A stretch of 62,699 nt of DNA, filler included, from Sphacelaria rigidula (Eukaryota), in the NCBI GenBank assembly GCA_964200075.2. It is 11 parts of 11 records of this genome, joined end to end, with 100 filler letters (N's around TTAATTAATTAA, not from the genome) between each part and the next. Parts side by side here need not be neighbours in the genome. Positions count along the whole stretch, not along the records: positions 22,837 to 28,445 come from CAXNAA020025892.1; positions 28,546 to 34,154 come from CAXNAA020025893.1; positions 34,255 to 39,863 come from CAXNAA020025894.1; 8 more parts are not named here. One strand, given 5' to 3'. Numbering within the stretch: the first letter of the stretch is position 1; each line of letters starts with the position of its first letter. The notes under the pieces were generated by a model. That model saw nothing but the letters and a program-made list of their open reading frames with translations, made no database searches and was not told where the DNA came from. A program made the translations under genes and the position numbers. Positions 24,428 through 36,222 of the stretch are shown here, in pieces.

Positions 24428-26011
24428 TCAAAGCTTCATACCATACTTTGCCTGCAAACGTGCTCGCACCTTTTTACTTAGTCCCAACTTACGCAGCTCA
24501 GATTTTACAAATTGCGGGGCTCCGTCCAAAATATTTTCCAGAGGCTCCCACGAGTTTTCATCTTTGCCAAATCCGACCCACTCCACTTGTACATAAAATC
24601 CGTCTCCTGCTTCGTCCTCAGATATACCGACAATAGCCGTCATCTCAAACTCGCCTTGAGCAAAAGCATACTGGAACACCTCCTTCACATCAGCCGTAAT
24701 CTTCAGCTCCTTGTCCGCATAAAATCGAAGGCGGGCAACATGCACATCCTGTACCTCGCCATTCACAATGTTCTGTACCCCATACACATGTTGTTGTTCC
24801 GCCGTCACAATCCGCCAAGGCCCCGTCCACGTACTCACAAGCTTCGTCGTAGTTCCGGAACGCCTCACCCTCGCCGCCAGCACGTAATCGCCCACCACAA
24901 AGTTAGGAAGCTTCCCCTTACTAGCCACACGTCTCTGTAGATCGCGGTTCTTGTCGGCACGCTGCGCCACCTTCTTGTGCAACTCTTGCTGAGCCTCAAC
25001 AATTGACGTCACCTGCCGTCTCAAAGCGTCTTCGTCAAGCACATCGACGCCCCATTCGCCCCCAGTTGACGATGCCAGAGTAGAGAAACTGGTGCGCGGT
25101 GCCCGGCCAAACAGAACATGGTATGGCGTGCTAGCATAACGCTCTCGGAGCGCAGCGTTCAATGCCCACTGCACTGCAGGTACCAAACTCACCCATTCGC
25201 GGACATCACGCATTTCCTCTTGCAACATTGCCTTCAAGGTACGAACAATCTCACGCATCATTCGCTCACAGGTACCATTAGACCATGGCGAGTTAGCCAC
25301 CGCGAATCGGCGATCCAGCTTCAGCGCTTTCTCAAGCGCTCGCATTACACGATTCTTGAAATGCGATGCCGTATCGCTGACCCATACCTCTGGCGACCCC
25401 AGTGTTTTGCACCATGTCAACAGATGCTTCACCGTCGTGGCCGCCGTACAAGACTCCGTGGGCTCCAACCACACGAAGTTGCACAAATCGTCCATCATGA
25501 TTAACATGTACTTGAACTCGCCTCCTTTGTCCAAGCCACTAGTTCCAAGGGGGCCACTCTCGCCAACGTAGAGAAAATCAAAATGAAGAACCTCCCCTGG
25601 GCGTGTACCATGCACCGTCTCCCCGAAGGGACGCAGGACCTTCTCCCCCGCCTTGGAATCCAAACAGTGCAGGCATTGCTTCACAAACTCAGTCACATGA
25701 GTCTCCATGCGGAACCAACAACAATACTCTTGTAAGTGCTGTAAAGTTGCCACAACTCCTCGGTGACCAGCCCCTTTCATGTGAGCGCATACCATCAAGC
25801 GTATTTGTAGTTCTCTCGCTTCCAGTGGGATCCACAGTATATCCCTTCCTGCAACATGCACGCGAAACAAACCCTCACCGTCTTTGAAGACACGCCCAAC
25901 AGCGGCAGTAAACGTCTCGGCCCCATCACCCACCTCGTAACCCCTCACGGGCTTGCTCTTGGGCTTCACGAACGGCCGCTTTCGACGGTAGCGTCTCATC
26001 AGGCTCTCCAT
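24428..26011 (-). CDS. Gypsy integrase (HHCC, DDE) with C-terminal chromodomain
   Basis: AHMKGAGHRG..CLHC zinc motif; LHFDF..WVSD..SNGTCER catalytic core; VQVEWVGFGKDENSWEPLENI chromodomain. The N-terminal residues of the ORF are out of frame with the upstream pol. Confidence 0.92.
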   Translation of the reverse strand: MESLMRRYRRKRPFVKPKSKPVRGYEVGDGAETFTAAVGRVFKDGEGLFRVHVAGRDILWIPLEARELQIRLMVCAHMKGAGHRGVVATLQHLQEYCCWFRMETHVTEFVKQCLHCLDSKAGEKVLRPFGETVHGTRPGEVLHFDFLYVGESGPLGTSGLDKGGEFKYMLIMMDDLCNFVWLEPTESCTAATTVKHLLTWCKTLGSPEVWVSDTASHFKNRVMRALEKALKLDRRFAVANSPWSNGTCERMMREIVRTLKAMLQEEMRDVREWVSLVPAVQWALNAALRERYASTPYHVLFGRAPRTSFSTLASSTGGEWGVDVLDEDALRRQVTSIVEAQQELHKKVAQRADKNRDLQRRVASKGKLPNFVVGDYVLAARVRRSGTTTKLVSTWTGPWRIVTAEQQHVYGVQNIVNGEVQDVHVARLRFYADKELKITADVKEVFQYAFAQGEFEMTAIVGISEDEAGDGFYVQVEWVGFGKDENSWEPLENILDGAPQFVKSELRKLGLSKKVRARLQAKYGMKL

Positions 26012-28285
26012 TTGAAAAAACAGCGATAGCTCTCACGGATACCGCTGGAACGTTCACCCACCGGGACAGTAGATCTTCCCAGCAGTTACGCTCCCCAGAA
26101 ATATGCCTGATTGAATAATCATACTGCCCGAGTACAATCTTCCATTGTTCAAGACGCTGGGCGGCAGTTTTCGCCAGTGTGGTCACACATGCTTCGGGAT
26201 CAAGAATATAAGCGAGATTACGATGGTCCGTAAATATGGTCACTCCTCCCCGCAAAAGGTACTCCAACCTACGAAACGTACTCACGATGGCATATCCTTC
26301 CCTGTCCACCGTAGCCCACCGCAACCGCGCTCCTCGAAACGTCCCACTAAGAAATCCCAGGGGCTCATGACTCATGTCCTCCACCGCTATATTACGGTCC
26401 AATTCAGCGCTCGGTACCTGGGTCACGAAACTACCCCAATGAAGATCCGACGCGTCTGGAAACATCATCACCTCATAGCCCTCCTTGGGATGTGACAGAG
26501 CAACAGCATGTGCCACCAAATCTTGCGCCGCTGTCCAAGCTTGCGCACGCTCAAACGTCCACGCCGCCTCCTTGATTGTCCTGTTTGAAGCAACCCGCTT
26601 TGTACGACGCACGGTGCCCACCATACGCTCCTCGAGCAAAAGACGAAGGGGCTCCACCACTTCAGCAAGGCGCGGAAGAGACATCCGCAGCCAATTCACC
26701 GCTTGCGAAAATTGCATCAACTCGCCCGCGGTTTGAGGACGCCTCATATTCGCCAAACCGCTCAGCCGCTCCCTGTCGTGAGCCACCTGCCCACCCGAGA
26801 GAACCTTTCCGCACCACGTAATTTGCGTATCATAAAACATACACTTGTGTGCAACCGCAAAAGACCACCATCCTCGAGGCGGCTTAAAACCGCATTCAGC
26901 GTGCACAGCAAGTCATCTTCATTTGCCCCTCACCACAAGATGTCATCTACCCACACCTTACATGGAAGTCCAGTCAATAGTTTCGTCATAATGCCCTGAT
27001 AATACCCCGTAGCGTTGAGTACTCCTTGAGGCACGCGCGTAGGCGTGAATAACCCGTCAGGGGTTGCAATAGTGAAGATTTCTTGGGCATCTGCCGCCAA
27101 CGGCATCTGCCAGTATCCCTGCAGCATGTCTAGCTTTCCAAAACAAACAGCCCCTAGCACATCCGCCATCTCCGCTTATTGGTTTGGCATCACAGTCGGC
27201 ACTTTCTCAATCTGCCTATTAACGGCACGATAATCACTCACCAGTCTGAAACCACCCTTTTTAGGCGCTGCAACAGCCGCGCTCGCCCATACTACCTGCA
27301 AACTGCGATACACGAGCCCGAGCGCCACCAACGTCGCCGTGCAACGTGCCAACCATGCCATCGTAACCGGAGAGTATGCCCGCGACCTAGCCTTAACCGC
27401 CGTAGCACCAGCTTTGAATGTCACCTTGAGAGTCTTGACACGAGCGGGCGGATCACCACGTAGCGCTCGCCGAAAAACATTCGCACGGCGGTTCACAAGC
27501 TCGCGAAGCTTGCCCACGCCGCTCTCGGACATGCCATTATTGGCAGCTGCTAGTACCGCCTCCTCCAGCGCAAACTTACGCTCAGCCAGCTCTTGTTCGG
27601 GGGCCATACTCATCTCCGGACCGCGTGACATCAACCGCTCGACTGAGGGATCCACGGGCTCCTCCCGATCACCTTGGTGCTGCAGAGCCTCAACCGCGAT
27701 GGTGATACGTCGACAAGCACGCACCGAAGTGTTTCTCGCCCGCGCACAGGCACCTAAACTTCTGTACATGTCGATGCCAAGCTACTCTAGCATACGGCTC
27801 CCCATGATAATGACATCATCGGTTCCCGGCATGACCGCATAGGAGCATGGGTCCAATACAACCGGACCCCAGCTGGTTTGCAAAGCGGTGCGAACAGGGC
27901 AAGTTTTCTGCTCCACGCGCTCAACATTGCCATTTGCCAATTTCACCAACTGTTCACCAGCCATCGGTCTCACCACTTTGACATCTGGAACCATGCCTTG
28001 CAATTTCGCCGCCGCACCCACTGACATGGTCGTATTTCCAGATGCTGAATCTAAAATAACCGTGACCAGACAAACACCCTTTGCCCCTGCACTCGGGACA
28101 GACAAGTCGGCAAGACACCATCTTTCCTTGTTATCTACTTGCAGACCCTCAGATTGAAAAGCTGACACCTCACCCGCTTTGAGCGATCTCCATGCTGGCA
28201 CCGCCTCTGATTTCGAACCCGGGAACGAGTGCGATGAGATGGTCTGCTGCACGCCACCAGTAGAAGCGACCGGTTCGCGTGGCAA
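25926..28285 (-). pseudogene. Gypsy pol: protease, RT, RNase H (frameshifted)
   Basis: VILDSASG (protease-like); GFRLVSDYRAVN, LDMLQGYWQ, PQGVLNA, VWVDD (RT); FPDASD..TDHRNL..DLLSR (RNase H). Split over four ORFs. Order PR-RT-RH-IN indicates Ty3/Gypsy. Confidence 0.92.
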
Positions 28286-28601
28286 CGTCGAGTCATCCTA
28301 CGATACGGGGGCGGGGTATTCGGTTGCACGAAAAAAGAGGCTCATAACTGTGTCAGACATCCTTCCACACTTGCGCTGCGCTTGTATTTGGTTCCAAACG
28401 GTGACAGGAAGGATGGATGAGCGTTATTGATCCACAACAAGCTTGNNNNNNNNNNNNNNNNNNNNNNNNNNNNNNNNNNNNNNNNNNNNTTAATTAATTA
28501 ANNNNNNNNNNNNNNNNNNNNNNNNNNNNNNNNNNNNNNNNNNNNCCCCGCCGAATGCCACCCCACCCCCCCCCCTCAACCCCCCCCCCCCTCCCCCCGT
28601 C

Positions 28602-29448
28602 CGAGAGCAGAGTTGGGAGTGTACCCACTTGAAACAGAGACATGGGAAGATGAGATGGTAATATAGCGTAAAAAACATGAAAAGAAAGAGAGCGCCAGTC
28701 ATAGTTGATGGGGCTGTATGGAAGAAAATGACGAAAGGGCAGTCTGGAATAAGGCGGGATAGAGAAACCGAGAAAGTGTGGAAGATGGGAGGAAACCAAC
28801 ACGAAATGCTGCCAGTAGGTGAAGATGCGGGGTACAAAACAAAAGTAAGAGACATGATAAACACAAGGGGGAAAGAAGCGCTAAGACGCAAAATAGACGA
28901 AGGAAAGCACCTGAAGATATACGCGGGGTTCAGAGAGGGGATAGGGATTGAAACATATCTGCATGGCCCCATGGACGCGGCGAACAAGATGAAACTGTAC
29001 TTTCGGGTGGGGGACCTACCTGAACCTGCCGGAAAGAAGAGATATATACCAGTAGTCGAGTGGAGGAGGAAGTAGATGCACAGAATTACCCCTGTGGCAA
29101 AGCAATGAAGAGCAGAACTCATATAGTGGCAGCATGTGAACTATACAAGGAGGAACGGGCCGTGCTAGAGGGAGAAATGCGGGGCGTGAACGAAAGTGGC
29201 ATGAAATCGTTGATGCACTAGCCAGTGGCGAGAAAACGATGGTTATACTAGGAGATAGATGGTGGCCACAGACGGCAAAACAAGACGGGGATAAGAGATG
29301 TAGAATGTTGTTGTGTAATGTATGGAAGAAACGCAATGGGCATCTAAATGTTGGAGGCGTCTCTATTAGAAGTAGGAACGGTGCTCCGTCTCGAAAAGGA
29401 TGCGTGGTCAATGTTCAAATGACTGACTGAGGCACGCAACAAATGAGT

Positions 29449-29505
<57 letters not shown>
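28602..29505 (+). mobile_element. 3' portion of a second copy of the poly(C)-ended LINE
   Basis: Collinear with 21820-22712; ..LLCNVWKKRN..NGAPSRKGCVVN; ends in AAATGAGTAC plus a C-run of about 55 nt. Confidence 0.88.
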
Positions 29506-29506
<1 letters not shown>

Positions 29507-30604
29507 CGGCCCGGCCCCGCCCCGAGGCCGGCCCCGGCACAAGACCAAAACACCNNNNNNNNNNACGTGTCCCCCCCCCCCCCCCCCTCCCCCCTCCGCC
29601 GCCGAACACATCACAGCGCTTCGTGCTTGGTGATTGATTGCGGTTCTGGTCCGGCGAAAGTGTGGCGTGCTCCGTCCCGACTTCGTAGGGATGCGAGGTC
29701 GATGGTTTATGAATACTGTACAATATGCAAGATTATGACTACACGCTCGCGCTTCAGAGAAATTTTGAGACAACTGGCAGAAAACCGTCATGGAAAGAGT
29801 ATGGGGGCGTTCATAACCAGCTGTATTAGATCTTTGTACTGTACAGTACACAGACACCTGACGAGGAGATGAACTATTCTCCCCCCCCCCCACCTCCCTT
29901 CCCTATAGGACGGGGCATAATCTCCCACGTGTCTTCAAAAATCAGCCACCTAACTGGTGTTTTTCAATTTACCACTACATCAGCCCAATCTTTCTGAGCC
30001 GCGGTCAGCCCGTACCGATCTCTCGGCAACAATGTACGATCCCCTACCCCGAGGTCAGAGATGTACTTTCAACACCCCCCTTCCACCCTTGCGCACAAGA
30101 TACGGGTCAAGCACGAGATAGAGGGTGCTGAAAAGAACCAGAATTCGAATGACGGACTTATGAGGGAGAAGGAGGGGTTAGTAATCCACCTCATGTTTAT
30201 GAGGGAAAGTGATGTGTGCCTTTGCGTAGAAGTAAATGTCAATGTCCCTCCCCCCCCCCCCCCCATGGTGAGCGACTAAGGCAAGCAACAAATGAGTACG
30301 CCCCCATGGTGAGCCTGATCCGGCGAAAACCCGGCGTTCTCCGTCCCGTCTTGGAAGGGATGCGAGGTCAATGTCTTTTACATGCAAGGCCATCAGTACC
30401 CCCGTCCCCCTCCCCGTCCCGTCAAATTTGTGCTCATGTATTAAATCAAATCGGGGTGTAGTGCGTGGACAAATATACCACCCCTTGAGTGAGCACTAGA
30501 ATTGTTATTATCCATCGAGTTGTTGCTTTCTTCTCGTTGTTTTTTACGCATTCTTCAGCTTCGACCACGCTGGGCGCGAAAGGAGTATTACAGGCGGCAC
30601 CCAA

Positions 30605-30869
30605 GACACTTTCTACGATAGCCCCTTCCCCCCCCCTCAAAAAAATAGTGTCTGGTTTGGGGAGACAAAATCTTCATGAAAATTGAAATAGAAAAAGCCG
30701 AGGACAACGAGCGGCTGGGAATTCCCACGCTTGGGTTCGTTCTCGCCAATGTCGCCCACATGAGGCGCTCCATGCAGCCTGAACCCAAACATGAAGCGCT
30801 GTGTGTCCATTTTTTTCGTGACACTTTTGGGCTGTTTTTTTCGGGGGGGGGGCTATCGTAGAAAGTGTC
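30605..30869. mobile_element. 265-bp MITE with 21-bp perfect TIR and 4-bp TSD (CCAA)
   Basis: GACACTTTCTACGATAGCCCC ... GGGGCTATCGTAGAAAGTGTC; CCAA at 30601-30604 and 30870-30873. Confidence 0.85.
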
Positions 30870-31181
30870 CCAACTGTGAATCGATCTGTAAGCCTGCACC
30901 GTTCGTCTTTCGGGGACTTGGGCTGGAGAGGGGGTGAAGTGCAGTTGTAAATATTCCACGGAATGAATGCTTCAGCATTTTGCGCACATTCGAGTGTCAG
31001 CTTCTCGCGTAAATTCTACTGGGACGAGCTCCATCAACTCCTCAACCCCACCAGGCTGCCATTTGAGCCCTGATCCGACTGATTTCTCTTCTACCTTCCC
31101 CCTTAGGCCTCGCCCTAACGAAAGAAGGAAGAAAAAATGAAGATGCGATTGTGAATGATGATGACAATGATGAAACGCCTA

Positions 31182-31385
31182 CACGTTGCAACCATCGTAC
31201 GTTCCGTTTCACAATCTCAATCTCGTTCTCGTTCTCATTTTCATCAAAATGAGTAACTTTTTATGATGGTCCATTTTTTTTCTTTTTCAATTAAAAACTA
31301 CTGCGAAATGTTCGCCACGCGTGGGATGAGAATGTGAAACGGAACGTAGAATGTGAAGCGGAACGTGAAATGGTTGCCACACGTG
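31182..31385. mobile_element. MITE-like element with imperfect long TIRs
   Basis: CACGTTGCAACCAT..ACGTTCCGTTTCACAATCTCA is inverted as TGAGAATGTGAAACGGAACGT..ATGGTTGCCACACGTG. Confidence 0.6.
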
Positions 31386-31496
31386 AGCTGTTCGTCATAC
31401 GCATTATTTCTCACAATTTCACTCTCAATCCCATTGTTGTATCCTAAGAAAACGGGACTTATATATTATGTACAGCTGGGCCTCTTTGTGTTGTAT

Positions 31497-31667
31497 CCAC
31501 ATCCTGGACAATATGTCGTCAATACTTGCAATACACAATAAACGTACTGCATAAGTATAGGCCTATTGCGACTATTGTCGGCCGGCAATACTTGCAATAG
31601 GCCTATACTTTATGCAGTACGTGTATTGTGTATTTCACGTATTGACCACATATTGTCCAGGGTGTGG
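31497..31667. mobile_element. 171-bp foldback element flanked by TTGTAT direct repeats
   Basis: Whole-length imperfect palindrome CCACATCCTGGACAATATG...CATATTGTCCAGGGTGTGG; TTGTAT at 31491 and 31668. Confidence 0.85.
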
Positions 31668-32214
31668 TTGTATCCAAGAACATGACAACAACAACAAAAA
31701 GTGGAAAATGATTATGTGTGAATAAGAACAAGTCGCTCCGCGGTGGAAGTGTTGCAAAAAAAAAAAAAATGTCACCATTTATTCTCTTGAGCGACGAGAA
31801 AAAAGAGCTGATCTCCCAGCGTGGCAGGAATGCCCCTATAAAACANNNNNNNNNNAAAATAATTATATGTAAAAAAAAAAAAATCGAAAAGTGATGAAAA
31901 TATTGAAAAAAAAAAAAAAAATGTCACCATTTATTCTCTTGTGCGACGAGATACTTGACCTGATATGTGAGTGCGGCAAGAATGCCCTTACAAGGGACGT
32001 GAAAAAAAGGAAAGGAAACACGAAAAAGAGGCGTGTTCCACCAGGCTTCGCTGCGTCTTGCGAATCAAACTCGTGTGTCCATGAGAACACATATTGAAGT
32101 ATGATCCCTGCACGCTGGAGTACGACACATTCAGATTGAAGTATGACTCATGAATACGAGAGTATGATACATACACTGGAGTATGACGCGCACGTACACA
32201 CCTACATAAGCCAG

Positions 32215-33870
32215 GTGCGCGAGAAGGCGTCTGGCAAGGAGCAGCCAAACGTGCCGCTAAACCTGGCTCTGGTGTACGAAGCTGGGACGGAGGTTCATTC
32301 CCAGGAGATCTTGCAGGTCCAGTCGGACACGCAACTCCTGACCAATGACAACGGCCGTGCCAACCTTAAGGTATGTTTTTTACGTCACTTTTTTGTTGAC
32401 ATTTTTAGGGGGGCTTCAGCTGGTCCTTTGTGTCAATGATGTTTTTTCTTTTTTCACTTTTATTCTTTTTGTGATCGTCATTGTTGTTTTTGTTATTGTT
32501 ATTATTATTGTCATACTCGCAACTCTTTTTTTCTTCTTGATCAATATATTTGATCACCGTCTTCATCAAATCGTAGCTTGCGCCCATTAAGTGTTCTCGG
32601 TCGGTCTTATGGGTCCTTTTTCGGCAGCGGCGAGTGCGCTTGCTGTTGCTGTTGCTGTTGCTTCTGTGGTTGTTAAGGAGAACACTGTGCTCCCATACAA
32701 CCCTCTTGCCGCTGTACCCATCAGGTGGACCGTAGATCGACACCTTCAATCCAGCAGCTTTACTCATATTGAATACGCCAGATTTCACGAGTTTAGAGGT
32801 CATCATCAAGAGTAAGTAAGTGTGACGTGATGATATGGAAGTACGTCCAAACCAAGATGATCGCGGGAAGATTTTAGTTTGCTGCTCGAATGGCTCAGAT
32901 GGATACACCGGCGGCAAAGGTCAAACCAAGCAAAAGGTTCATGACGTACGCCCGACATCATATTTGCCCAGCGCGGGCTCGTGTAAGAGTGCTCGATGGC
33001 AGCGCTGTGCAACTCAGGCGGAAGGAAGGAGATCAATTGCGGACAACTGTATTTTACGGTGTTCCAACCGTTCGATCATGACAACATGATCTGCACGTCT
33101 TCCGCAGAACTGTCCGACGAGAATATTGTACCGAAACAGGGTCCGGCGCTAAAAAGAGTTGACGGTAGCTTCCGCGGGTTCTGTAACGTCTGAGTTCCGT
33201 GGATGTACTGCAGTAGTGTGGGGCACACGCATACAGGCTGGATAGTTCTACCATACGAATAGTGAGTATATCTCTCTCGCTCGTTGGGTGACAAACAGCT
33301 AGCAAGATGCTTCATCATAATGAAATGATCTCTCGTGGTGTTATCTAGGGTATAGGACCTCCAGAAGCTCAGAAACGTCAGGAACGTTCTCCACATCATT
33401 GTGCATTCGTTTTCGTGGCTCTTGTGTACTTGTATTGTTGGAGCGGTCATGATGCTGCTTGATTGCCTGCTTGCCCGCTTGAGTTGTCGCTGATTCATGG
33501 ACACTTCTGTTGTTGCAAAGCAGTTTGTCCCTAGGGTCCCAACGCCAGTACATGTACAGCCCCCCGGATCATGGCGGCGGTATGTCTTTGTAGGTGTTTC
33601 GTAGGGCCATTTCTTGCTCTTTTATTTTATTGGTCATTTTCTGTCTCCCTATCCCCCCATATATATTTATGTATACATTTTTTTCGGCTGCTGCTGCCAT
33701 TACTTTTTTTTTTCACGTGATTGTCATTGATTTTCTTGCTACCTACCGATCGCTCTTTTTTTATTTTGGACAGTTCAAGATCACCGAGGTCAGCCAGCGG
33801 CATCAGAGCCAAAAGTTCCGCGTTAAGATATCTCCGGACTTGAGGACGAATCCACTGGCGACAGATGTTG
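32215..33870 (+). CDS. Two internal exons (32215-32370, 33774-33870) of a CudA-like DNA-binding-domain protein
   Basis: AG/GT boundaries and a phase-0 join give ..NVPLNLALVYEAGTEVHSQEILQV..NDNGRANLK|FKITEVSQRHQSQKFRVKISPD, resembling the CudA / plant STAT-like conserved domain from memory. Confidence 0.7.
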
Positions 33871-33881
33871 GTGAGAGTTTC

Positions 33882-34154
33882 CACCCATGAGGCAGTGTAT
33901 AAGCCGTGGCTGTCTCTGGAAGTGGCGATACCAGATAACAAAGCAACTCATTGGAGGCTGTCATCCAAATGCAAAATAGCCAATAGGCTTCGGGCCGAAC
34001 AACCTTGACAAGATGCAGCTCACCCTTCATCCGGCTCGCCGAGTACACCACGGCGCTTCGCGCTTGGTGGTTGAGTGCGAGCCTGGTCCGGCAAAAATCC
34101 GGTGTGCTCCGTCCCGGCTTCGTAGGGATGCGACGTCAATGGTCATATGACTAT
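33882..34154 (+). mobile_element. ~300-nt LINE-partner element (type B), truncated by the contig end
   Basis: Collinear with 59221-59515 (rc); 3' part also at 16955-17027, 19902-19982 (rc), 29605-29705, 30310-30400 and 45513-45572. Confidence 0.8.
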
Positions 34155-34899
34155 NNNNNNNNNNNNNNNNNNNNNNNNNNNNNNNNNNNNNNNNNNNNTT
34201 AATTAATTAANNNNNNNNNNNNNNNNNNNNNNNNNNNNNNNNNNNNNNNNNNNNGCAAAAATATCAAACGCCTCGTACTCTGGGAGTGTACGTCAATGAA
34301 CGTACGTCACCTCAAAAATATCGTGACCCCCCGATTTTTTTGGTCCCGACTTGGTCCAAATCCGTGTCCATAAAATGCGTTGCCCGATCTTTTGTCCCCC
34401 CGATTTTGAAAAAATCAAGATTCGTGCTTGCCATAAAAGTGGGTCTGAGTATACCGCCCTGGAAACGGTAAGCGAATTAGGAATGTGCAACGAAATGTGC
34501 AACGAAATAGAAATGCGAATTTCTCTGGACGCGGCACCCGTGTGTTGGCAGTCGCACCCTAGACGGCGATCCACTAACGCACTCTGAAGCATATGCTCGC
34601 CCGGTCGATTGACTAGTAATGCACGGTACAGTACCGCTACAACAGCCTGACACAAGCACACATCACCTTCACATCAGCTCTTTGTTCAGACCCGTCACCG
34701 AACGCCAAATTCGCGGGCAGCGAAATCGCCTCAGTTTTGTGGTGCTGACGCACAGACAGACCGTGAATGGCGAAGTCAGCGACCCATTGCGCGCAATGGC
34801 AGAGAAACGGGGGGGAAAAGGCGTCCTCAACGTATTTTCATCACTACCGACCGACCAAAAAAAAGATCCCGGTATAATTCAGTATCCTGGGATCCAAAA

Positions 34900-35274
34900 C
34901 AGTAGTTGGCACAAGGTTGGTAACCTCGTAATCTTCTGGTGGTTGACTTGTGGGGTTCGATTCTCGGAGCGATCTGAGATTTTTTCTTACACCATGCTCA
35001 ACAGTGGAGAGCGAATATGTCGTGGGTACACGAACACAACTTCACAGTCGACGAGGGAAAGGGACTGCTGAACCCCTCTCGCGATAAAAAAATAAAGGCA
35101 AGCACCGGTGAAGGAAGTTGGGGTAGTAAAAACGAATAAAAAATAAAAAAGCTCCTGTGTTGATCTTCCTCCTGTCTGTGTGACCCCGACTGATGCGCCC
35201 ACATATCCCGAAAGGGGTAGACTGGCGTCCAGAACATATGGGACGACACCACACAACACCCACACACCGCACAC
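34900..35274 (+). mobile_element. tRNA-derived SINE, full length
   Basis: TGGCACAAGGTTGGTAA A-box, GGTTCGATTCTC B-box, conserved body and CA-rich tail. Confidence 0.85.
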
Positions 35275-36222
35275 TCAGCAGGATTTTTTGTTTGAATCTG
35301 ACGGTTGCATAATAACCAGGAAGCATTTGCCCGCACGATCAAACTTGTGCAACCTGTGCCCGTCGAGCATTGGAAAATTTACCCAACACAACCAAGCGAA
35401 TGCTGATACCATGGCGGCTTCAGGGAGGTCTTCTGATTAACCATGCCAAGCTTTACTACTTCGTGAATGGCCCATTGTGATGAGTATGGCAGTTTTGATG
35501 GATGATGAATGTCCCACTTTGCTGGTTAGGGTGTGTTCACTTTGGACTGGACGTGATCATGGCGGTGAAGGTGGGCGTGGTTCTTCTTCATTCCGCCATG
35601 AGCTATGAAGAGGAACAACGGTTTTCAGAGTGAAGTGGTGCAAACGGCCCTTTGACTCTGAAAAAATCGCTCTGAAAAACACTTCATGGCGGAAAGGGCA
35701 CCGTTACCGGCTATTTTTCCTTCCACTCTGGCTCTAAGATTTCAAAAAACGTCTTCCGAAACTCTCTAATGATGAAACTTTATATGAATACAGGTACTGT
35801 AGTATGGTGTAAGTATTGTCTTTCCCACTCCCTCCCCCCACGGACCTCCCCTTACCCGTTACACAAGTCATCTGCACTCACTCTGTTCAAGGTTGGATAA
35901 TCGGTGAGCAGCCCGTTGCACGTGTAGCACCCCTGATGACCCTGGCTGGTCCCTCGCGAATATAGTGACTCTCTGCTACTGTTGTTTCATGTGAAGTCAT
36001 ATTGCAGAGGCCGGCCATTTCTGGTTTCTTTTTGTTCTTCATGAGAATTTTTCATTTGTTCGTTTTCAATTTTTCATATTTGCCTGCTCTGTCTTCGCGT
36101 ATTCTTCGTTTTCCTTCAGCGAATGTCCCCGTGTTTTTTTATCTTGGGTACGTCTATCCTTTGATCACGGCTGGGTCCCTCGGGGATCACTTAACGTTGT
36201 TCAGAAAGCGAATAGTTTACCC

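Noticed and set aside
29344..29893. Poly-Gly/poly-Pro ORFs
   Set aside because: Translations of C/G homopolymer tracts and gap-adjacent low-quality sequence.
31745..31995. Direct repeat either side of the 10-N gap
   Set aside because: Overlapping low-quality contig ends around a poly(A) run; assembly artefact.
33627..34051. Minus-strand ORFs that looked virus-like
   Set aside because: They overlap the CudA-like exon and the type-B repeat on the opposite strand, which explain the sequence better.
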